The position numbers were made by a program, and so were the translations under genes. DNA of 64,000 bases. Origin: Longimicrobiales bacterium. Its GTDB lineage: Bacteria; Gemmatimonadota; Gemmatimonadetes; Longimicrobiales; Gaopeijiaceae. A model generated the notes under the pieces. It worked only from the letters and a program-made list of their open reading frames with translations, did no database searches and had not been told where the DNA came from. This document shows, piece by piece, positions 57,704 through 64,000 of this stretch. The stretch is from NCBI GenBank assembly GCA_965202805.1, contig OZ241869.1:2688001-2752000 (forward strand), written 5' to 3'. How positions within the stretch are numbered: position 1 is the first letter of the stretch; each line of letters begins with the position of its first letter.

Positions 57704-59182
57704 ATGTCCGCCGATACAGCCACGATCGATATCTCGCGCGAACCCATCCGCAACTATGTCGCGGGCCGCTGGACGGCGCCGTCGGGCGCGGGCTCGCTGC
57801 CGGTCACCAATCCCACCACCGGTGAGCCCCTGGGACGGGTGCCCCTTTCCACGGGCGCGGATGTGGAAACCGCCGTTGCCGCCGCCACCGCGGCCTTCCC
57901 CGGTTGGCGTCGCACGCCCGCGGTCGACCGCGCCCGGGTCCTCTTCCGCCTGAAGCATCTGCTCGACGAGCACAAGGACACGCTGGCCCGCTCCCTGGTC
58001 ATCGAGCACGGAAAGAACCTGGACGAGTGCCGGGGGGAGCTTCAGCGCGGCATCGAGAATGTCGAACACGCCTGCGGCATCCCCACGCTGATGATGGGCG
58101 ATGTGCTGGAGGACGTGGCGCCGGGCATCGACTGCGAGGCCATCCGGCAGCCGCTCGGGGTCTTTGCCGTCGTCTCTCCCTACAACTTCCCCGTGATGAT
58201 CCCGATGTGGTTCTGGCCCTACGCCGTAGCCGCGGGCAACACGGTGGTGCTCAAGCCCAGCGAGCAGGATCCGCTCACCCACCAGCGGGTGGTGGAACTG
58301 GCCGAGCAGGCCGGCCTGCCCCCCGGCGTGCTCAATGTGGTGCACGGCGACCGGGAGGCGGTGACCGCGCTGCTCGAGCATCCCGGGATCGCGGGGGTCT
58401 CCTTCGTGGGCTCGAGCCAGGTCGCGCGCATCCTGTACAGGAAGGCGGGCGCGGCCGGCAAGCGCGTGCAGGCGCTCGGGGGGGCCAAGAACCACATGAT
58501 CGTGCTCCCGGACGCGGACTACGACCTGGTCGCCGACGCGGTGGTGTCGTCGATCTTCGGCTCGGCCGGGCAGCGCTGCCTCGCCGGCAGCGTCGTGGTG
58601 GGGGTGGCCGACGCCTACGCGAACATCCGCGAGCGCATCCTCGACCGCTCGGCCTCGCTGCGCGTGGGCAACGGGCTCGAGGACGGGGTGGACATGGGCC
58701 CGGTGATCTCCGCCGGCCACCGCGACCGGGTGGTGGGCTACATCGACAGCGGCGTGAAGGAGGGGGCTTCGCTGACGATGGACGGCCGCGACGCCAGCGT
58801 GCCCGGCTACCCGGACGGCAACTGGGTCGGCCCGACCATCTTCGAGGACGTGCACCCCGACATGGCGATCGGCAAGGACGAGATCTTCGGGCCGGTGATG
58901 GGCATGAGCCGGGTGGACACGGTGGAGGACGCCATCGAGCTCATGCACCGGAGCGAGTACGGAAACGCCACCTCGATCTTCACGACGAGCGGGCGCGCCG
59001 CGCGCGAGTTCCGTTACCACGCGGGCATCAGCATGATCGGCATCAACATCGGCGTGGCGGCGCCGATGGCCTTCTTCCCCTTCGGAGGCTCGCGCGGCTC
59101 CTTCTTCGGCGATCTCAAGGCTCAGGGCCGTGACTCCGTCGAGTTCTTCACCGACAAGCGCGTGGTGATCACGCGGTGGTGA
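57704..59182 (+). CDS. mmsA: CoA-acylating (methyl)malonate-semialdehyde dehydrogenase
   Basis: PYNFPVMIPMWF, KPSE, GGAKNH, AGQRCLA, EIFGPV, FFGDL. Confidence 0.92.
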   Translation: MSADTATIDISREPIRNYVAGRWTAPSGAGSLPVTNPTTGEPLGRVPLSTGADVETAVAAATAAFPGWRRTPAVDRARVLFRLKHLLDEHKDTLARSLVIEHGKNLDECRGELQRGIENVEHACGIPTLMMGDVLEDVAPGIDCEAIRQPLGVFAVVSPYNFPVMIPMWFWPYAVAAGNTVVLKPSEQDPLTHQRVVELAEQAGLPPGVLNVVHGDREAVTALLEHPGIAGVSFVGSSQVARILYRKAGAAGKRVQALGGAKNHMIVLPDADYDLVADAVVSSIFGSAGQRCLAGSVVVGVADAYANIRERILDRSASLRVGNGLEDGVDMGPVISAGHRDRVVGYIDSGVKEGASLTMDGRDASVPGYPDGNWVGPTIFEDVHPDMAIGKDEIFGPVMGMSRVDTVEDAIELMHRSEYGNATSIFTTSGRAAREFRYHAGISMIGINIGVAAPMAFFPFGGSRGSFFGDLKAQGRDSVEFFTDKRVVITRW

Positions 59183-60468
59183 ACGCGCGCGCCGGCGCGG
59201 CACTGATCGAGCGCCAGCGCGCCTCCATCTTCCCGTGCGTGAAGCCGTTGTACGACGTGCCTCTGGTGCTCGTGGAGGCGGAGGGGGTGCGGGCCAGGGG
59301 CGCTGACGGGCGACAGTATCTGGACCTCTTCGCGGGCATCCTCACCACCTCCATCGGGCACTGCCATCCGCGAGTGGTCGCCGCCGTGCAGGACCAGGTC
59401 GCGCGCCTGGGCCACACCTCGAACCTCTACGTGACCGAGCCCTACGTGGCCGCGGCGGAGCGGCTCACCAGCCTCGCGCCCGCCGGCCTCGACCAGGTCA
59501 TGTTCACCAACAGCGGCACCGAGGCCATCGAGACGGCGGTCATGCTGGCGCAAATGCATACCCGGCGCAGCGAGATCATCGGCCTGCGGCTCGGCTACTC
59601 CGGGCGCAGCACGCTGGCTACGGGCCTGACCGGGCAGGCGCAGTGGAAGCCGCTCCCGGCGATGGCCCCGATCCGGCACGCCATCGCGCCGTATCCGTAC
59701 CGGCACGCCGACGGCGACAACGTCGACCGCTACATCGACGAGCTGGTCGAGGTGATCGAGACCACGACCACCGGACGGCCCGCCGCCCTGCTCGCCGAGA
59801 CCATCCAGGGGGTGGGTGGCTACATCGTTCCGCCGCCGGGATACCACACGCGTGCCGCCGAGGTGATCCGCGCCTACGGGGGCGTGTTCATCTGCGATGA
59901 GGTGCAGGCCGGGTTCGGACGCACCGGCGACCGCTGGTTCGGCATCGAGCACTGGGAGGTCGAGCCCGACATCATGGTGGTCGCCAAGGGGGTGGCGAAC
60001 GGCTTCCCGGTCGGCGGCACGCTGGCCCGCGAGGAGATCGCCGCCGCCTGGACGGGGCTCACCTTCTCCACCTACGGGGGCAGCCCGGTGTCCATGGTGG
60101 CCGCGCGCGCGACCATGGACGTCATGGTCGAGGAGAACACCCCCGCCCGGTCCGCCGAGCGCGGACGCCAGATGCGCGAAGGCCTGGAAGCACTCCAGCG
60201 CGACTATCCGTGGATCGGTGACGTGCGCGGAATGGGGCTGATGATCGCCCTGGAGCTGGTCGAGGACCCGGTCACCAAGGAGCCCGGCGCCAGGCTCGGC
60301 AAGGCGCTCCTGGAGGCTGCGCGCGAGGAAGGCGTGCTCATCGGGCTCGGCGGCATGGGCGGCCACGTGATCCGCATCGGCCCCTCCATGCTGATCACCC
60401 CGGAGGAGGTCGCAGAGGGGGTGGAGCGGCTGCGGCAGGCCTGCGCGCGGGTCGAAGCGGGGAGATAG
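59179..60468 (+). CDS. Class III PLP aminotransferase (AGXT2/beta-alanine transaminase-like)
   Basis: NSGTEA, ETIQGVGG, DEVQAGFGRTG, AKGVANG; GTGA-coupled to mmsA. Confidence 0.9.
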   Translation: MNARAGAALIERQRASIFPCVKPLYDVPLVLVEAEGVRARGADGRQYLDLFAGILTTSIGHCHPRVVAAVQDQVARLGHTSNLYVTEPYVAAAERLTSLAPAGLDQVMFTNSGTEAIETAVMLAQMHTRRSEIIGLRLGYSGRSTLATGLTGQAQWKPLPAMAPIRHAIAPYPYRHADGDNVDRYIDELVEVIETTTTGRPAALLAETIQGVGGYIVPPPGYHTRAAEVIRAYGGVFICDEVQAGFGRTGDRWFGIEHWEVEPDIMVVAKGVANGFPVGGTLAREEIAAAWTGLTFSTYGGSPVSMVAARATMDVMVEENTPARSAERGRQMREGLEALQRDYPWIGDVRGMGLMIALELVEDPVTKEPGARLGKALLEAAREEGVLIGLGGMGGHVIRIGPSMLITPEEVAEGVERLRQACARVEAGR

Positions 60469-60500
60469 ACCCGGAGGCACCCGCCTTCCCGGAGTTCTGA

Positions 60501-61541
60501 TCAGCGGTCGCCCGCAGTGCTCGCGCTTCTGACCCGCACCTCCCCCTCCTCCACCACGAGCTCCTGGACGCGCTCGGCCTCATCGAACAGGAAGGGCCAG
60601 CGGCCTGAGGCGCCATCCGCCAGCCGCACGCGGCGTATGCCGTCCAGCGAGAGCGGCCGGCCCGGCTGAACGACGGCCGGACCCGTGGCCTCATACATCC
60701 AGACGGCGCCGCCCAGTGCCGAAGACACGCGGTAGCTTCCGTCCTCGATTTCCAGTGCGGCCCCCTCGTCGATCCCGATCCCGACGAACGAGCCCGAGCG
60801 GTGCTGCGCCAGCAGACGCCCGAGGAAGGCGAGGAGCCGTCCCTCACGGGACCGCTCCGTGAAGTGGGAGTCCACGATCGTGTTCGCGAGCTCGGGCTGA
60901 GGCAGGTTCGATGGTCCCACGCTGACCGATACGTCGGCGGGTTCCGAGAGGGCTTCGCCCGATGTGATGGTGCCGTGCCGGGCATCGAATGCGGCTTCGC
61001 CCAGCGACACCGCTCCGGCGCTGGTCCCGCCCAGGGCCGCCCCTCGGCGCGTTGCTTCCCCCACGGCGACATGGACCGAATTCGGCCACCGCCCCAGGTA
61101 GTTCCACTGGCTTCCGCCGGCGAGCCAGATCGCCTCCGCCCTGCCGAGGCGGCAGAGGACGCTCGGGTGGTCCGCCAGCGGAGGGGTGTCGGTGCGAATC
61201 GTGACCACCGAGGCCGGAGCCGGACTGGGGGCCAGTTCCGCCGAGAAATAGTCCGGGTAGCTGGTCAGCGAACCCGTTGCGCGCAACACGACGATGTCGC
61301 CTCCGGCGGCCGCTTCGGCGAAACGGCGGGCGGCGCCGTCCTCCTCGGGTCCTCCTCCCATGAGCACCAACCGGCGGACGGGAGACGGGGTGGCGTCGCT
61401 CCCGGTTCCCCGAAGCCCTCCGATCGTGGTGCCCGCGCCGGGTTCGGGGCAGCCCTCGAGCGGCTCGCCCAGCGAGGTCGCGCGCGTCGAATCGGCGCAC
61501 GCGGCGGCCGCCGCGACCACGAGCGCCGTCGAGATTCTCAT
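60501..61541 (-). CDS. Cyanophycinase-like S51 peptidase, lipoprotein
   Basis: AAAC lipobox; LMGGG, AGGSQ, GTSAG, DSHF..R.R.GRL, GIDE. Confidence 0.88.
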   Translation of the reverse strand: MRISTALVVAAAAACADSTRATSLGEPLEGCPEPGAGTTIGGLRGTGSDATPSPVRRLVLMGGGPEEDGAARRFAEAAAGGDIVVLRATGSLTSYPDYFSAELAPSPAPASVVTIRTDTPPLADHPSVLCRLGRAEAIWLAGGSQWNYLGRWPNSVHVAVGEATRRGAALGGTSAGAVSLGEAAFDARHGTITSGEALSEPADVSVSVGPSNLPQPELANTIVDSHFTERSREGRLLAFLGRLLAQHRSGSFVGIGIDEGAALEIEDGSYRVSSALGGAVWMYEATGPAVVQPGRPLSLDGIRRVRLADGASGRWPFLFDEAERVQELVVEEGEVRVRSASTAGDR

Positions 61542-62224
61542 GACGTATGGAGCTGCCAGAAGGCGCCTTCGAGACCCGCCTCGCGCAAGAGGGCCTGCTT
61601 CGTCTCCGCCGAGGAGGGACGCCAACGGTCGCTCAGCCGACCCGCGTACCATCCGCGGCTCAGCCTGCCCAGCGTCTCGACCGGCACGGTCGCACCCGGG
61701 TCGACACCCCGCCGCGCCGCCCACCGGGCCGCATCCGCTTCCGACCGGAACGCCAGGATGTTGCGTCAGGTGTAGCCGATGTCGTCCCAGAAGCGCCGGG
61801 CCGGCACGGGGAAGCGGACCACCGCGCCGTCGGCAGGTTCGACTCGCCCGCTGGTCACCGCCAAGTGGATCGCGGCGCCGGACCGGGGGCACGCGGTTCG
61901 CGTCCGTCCGTCGACGTCGAGGAGCAGCGGGATCGCGAGAGCATCCCAGGCGCAGTTGGCCCGGTAGTCCGTCCATCGCGTACGCACCCGGAAGGGCGTC
62001 TCCATGGCCGAAAAGGGATGAGCCATCCGGATTTCGCCCGCCTCGTCCAGAACCAGGATGTGAGCTTCCGCCAGGAACGCCAGAGCTCGATCCACATCGC
62101 CGGCCCCGGCTCCCAGTCCCCCGGCAAGTTCGACGCGGTCGGGGACCACCCCTGATTCACCGATTCTCCGGTAAAGATGGCCGCGCAAGCGCCACGCGAA
62201 TGCGTCACCTCGTCCTGTCACCAC
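61538..62224 (-). CDS. MerB-like organomercurial lyase, probable selenoprotein (UGA at 61766-61768)
   Basis: MAHPFS...NCAWDALAI...WDDIGYT-UGA-RNILAFRSE...WYAGRL...GLEGAFWQL. The frame stays open ~75 codons past the UGA and ends in an ATGA overlap with the next gene. Confidence 0.85.
61730..61765 (-). promoter_or_regulatory. Putative bacterial SECIS hairpin
   Basis: Directly 3' of the UGA: CAUCC/GGAUG lower stem, UUCC/GGAA upper stem, GGUC apical loop at +20 to +23. Confidence 0.7.
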
Positions 62225-62409
62225 GGTCTCCCCTCGCTCCAACGCCAGGCAACACCCGGCTCTGCAGGCATCCCGGCACCATGGTGAGCCGCTGCCGAAA
62301 CGTCCAGCCCCAGGCGAAGCCGTTGCAGCCGTGCCGTCCCGCGGCTAGGCTTTTCCGATCAGACGAAGGGCGCATAACCGGTGGACGTGAGAGGAGGTCG
62401 GACAGGATC

Positions 62410-62865
62410 ATGACGATGCCATGGCGACGACGGCTGGCGGCAGTCGTCCTTGCGCTTGCCGGGACAGCATGCGGCGACGAGGAGCCGACCGGGCCGATTC
62501 CCGATGTCGCGGGCACCTACAACGGCTCGTTCATCGTCCAGTTCCTGCTCAACCAGCAGGGCATACAGGGGTCGATGCAGGTCGTCGTCGAACAGGCCGG
62601 GGAAAGTGTGACGATCACCGGCGAGATGCAGGTTGCGGGCGGGGCCGCGTCGATTCCCACGGTTACCGGAACGCTGGACGCCACCGGATTCCTGGAGTTG
62701 TCGGGCGGCGGCTTCTCCGCCTCGGTCAACGAGGAGTTCTGCGGCCCCACCAGAACGCTCAGCTCAACCGTGAGGTTTTTCGGAAGAAGCGCGGAGGTCT
62801 CCGAGCACGCCGACACCGATTTCTGTGGGCGCGTCATCCTCTCGGGCTCGCTGGCGCGTCAGTAA
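62410..62865 (+). CDS. Hypothetical lipoprotein
   Basis: Lipobox LAGTAC; AGGA RBS; beta-rich with a Cys pair. Confidence 0.75.
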   Translation: MTMPWRRRLAAVVLALAGTACGDEEPTGPIPDVAGTYNGSFIVQFLLNQQGIQGSMQVVVEQAGESVTITGEMQVAGGAASIPTVTGTLDATGFLELSGGGFSASVNEEFCGPTRTLSSTVRFFGRSAEVSEHADTDFCGRVILSGSLARQ

Positions 62866-62881
62866 CGAGGGAGAATCGATC

Positions 62882-64000
62882 ATGAAACCGACGCGCCGGG
62901 ATTTTCTGCGCACGACCGGTATCGCCGGGGTCGGACTGGGACTCGGGCTCGGCGCCCCAGGCATCGGCCTCGCCTCCGCCAACGGCACGCGCCGGAATCG
63001 AGCTGGCAAAGAGTCCCACGCGGAGCCCCGGCAGGCGCCCACGCCCAAGCGGCTGCTCGTCCTCGGCGGCACCGGCTTCATCGGCCCGCACATGGTTCGC
63101 TACGCGGTGGAGCGCGGACACGAGGTAACCATCTTCACCCGCGGTCGCGCGCAGGCCGCCCTGCCGGACGTGGAGCACCTCATCGGCGACCGCAACGGCG
63201 ACCTGGACGCCCTCGAGGGCCGCAACTGGGACGTCGTGCTCGACAACAACACGCAGAACTATCGCTGGGCGCAGTTGAGCACGGAGCTGCTGCGGGACGC
63301 CGCCGAGCAGTACATCTTCGTCTCCTCGATTTCGGCCTATGTCAGCCCCGGGCTCGCGTACCAGCACAAGGACCGCGTCCTCTACGAGCATCTCATCGAC
63401 GAGGACTCGGAGCGCTTCTCGCCTCCCGACGGCTGGCAGGACGGGGACGACGCCCACTACGGGCTCATGAAAGCGTTGAGCGAGGACATCGCCCACGCCG
63501 CCTTCCCGGGCCGCGCCACCATCGTCCGGCCTGGCCTGATCGTGGGCCCCGGCGACCGGACCGACCGCTTCACCTACTGGCCGCTGCGCATCTTCGAGGG
63601 CGGCGAGGTGCTGGCCCCCGGCAACCCGGAGCACGCCAACCAGATCATCGACCAGCGCGACATCACCGAGTGGATCGTGCGGCTGGCCGAGGACGGCGTC
63701 GCCGGCGACTTCAACGCGACCGGCCCGGCCGCCCGCATGTCGATGGCCGAGATGCTCTACGGCATTCGCGCGGCCACCTCGACCCCGGTCGAGTTCACCT
63801 GGGTACCGGAGGACTTCCTCGAAGAGCAGGGCGTGAGGCCCTTCGGCGACCTGCCGGCGTGGGCTCCCGGAGCCGACCTGATGTACGTGGACATCGACCG
63901 CGCGCTCGCGACCGGCCTTACCTTCCGCCCGCTGGCCGTGACCAGCCGCGACACCGTGGATTGGGACGGGACCCGCCCCGAGGAGGAGCGCAACAACCGG
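62882..64000 (+). CDS. Tat-exported NAD-dependent epimerase/dehydratase family protein (runs off window end)
   Basis: MKPTRRDFL; LGGTGFIG; YGLMK; RPGLIVGPGD.TDRFTYWP. Absent from the ORF track because it is open-ended. Confidence 0.9.
   Translation, partial: MKPTRRDFLRTTGIAGVGLGLGLGAPGIGLASANGTRRNRAGKESHAEPRQAPTPKRLLVLGGTGFIGPHMVRYAVERGHEVTIFTRGRAQAALPDVEHLIGDRNGDLDALEGRNWDVVLDNNTQNYRWAQLSTELLRDAAEQYIFVSSISAYVSPGLAYQHKDRVLYEHLIDEDSERFSPPDGWQDGDDAHYGLMKALSEDIAHAAFPGRATIVRPGLIVGPGDRTDRFTYWPLRIFEGGEVLAPGNPEHANQIIDQRDITEWIVRLAEDGVAGDFNATGPAARMSMAEMLYGIRAATSTPVEFTWVPEDFLEEQGVRPFGDLPAWAPGADLMYVDIDRALATGLTFRPLAVTSRDTVDWDGTRPEEERNNR

Noticed and set aside
61766..62242. Complete 158-aa protein or simple pseudogene
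   Set aside because: In-frame continuation, a SECIS-like hairpin and ATGA coupling favour UGA recoding.

Overview
High-GC bacterial DNA. Gene content (6-bladed beta-propeller lipoproteins, PSD1/DUF1501 pair, DUF222-HNH, TonB receptors, long-form IspH) suggests Gemmatimonadota; this is an inference. Positions ~1-33.2 kb, downstream of a minus-strand tRNA-Pro(GGG), form an accessory mosaic. It contains a wHTH AAA ATPase, three toxin-antitoxin pairs (MqsRA-like, HipBA, VapBC) plus an orphan HigA-like HTH, secreted propeller proteins, an HNH nuclease and several 5'-truncated gene stubs. Positions ~33.4-64 kb are mostly housekeeping/metabolic (lpdA, ispH, fxsA, M42 peptidase, fused hydantoinase/oxoprolinase, BlaI/BlaR1-like pair, mscS, glcDE, ccdA/tlpA, mmsA plus aminotransferase). 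Top candidates: (1) an MqsR/MqsA-like pair translationally coupled to a KGGVGR-motif ParA/MinD-like ATPase-TPR protein, a possible tripartite conflict/defence system; (2) a MerB-like lyase split by the ORF caller at an in-frame UGA followed by a SECIS-like hairpin, probably a selenoprotein, coupled to a cyanophycinase-like gene; (3) an 81-bp tandem repeat resembling degenerate tRNA-Pro copies; (4) two unannotated, similar amphipathic micropeptides; (5) an NCS2 permease fused to a degenerate anti-sigma-kinase-like domain. All family calls come from motif recognition by eye, not from database searches.
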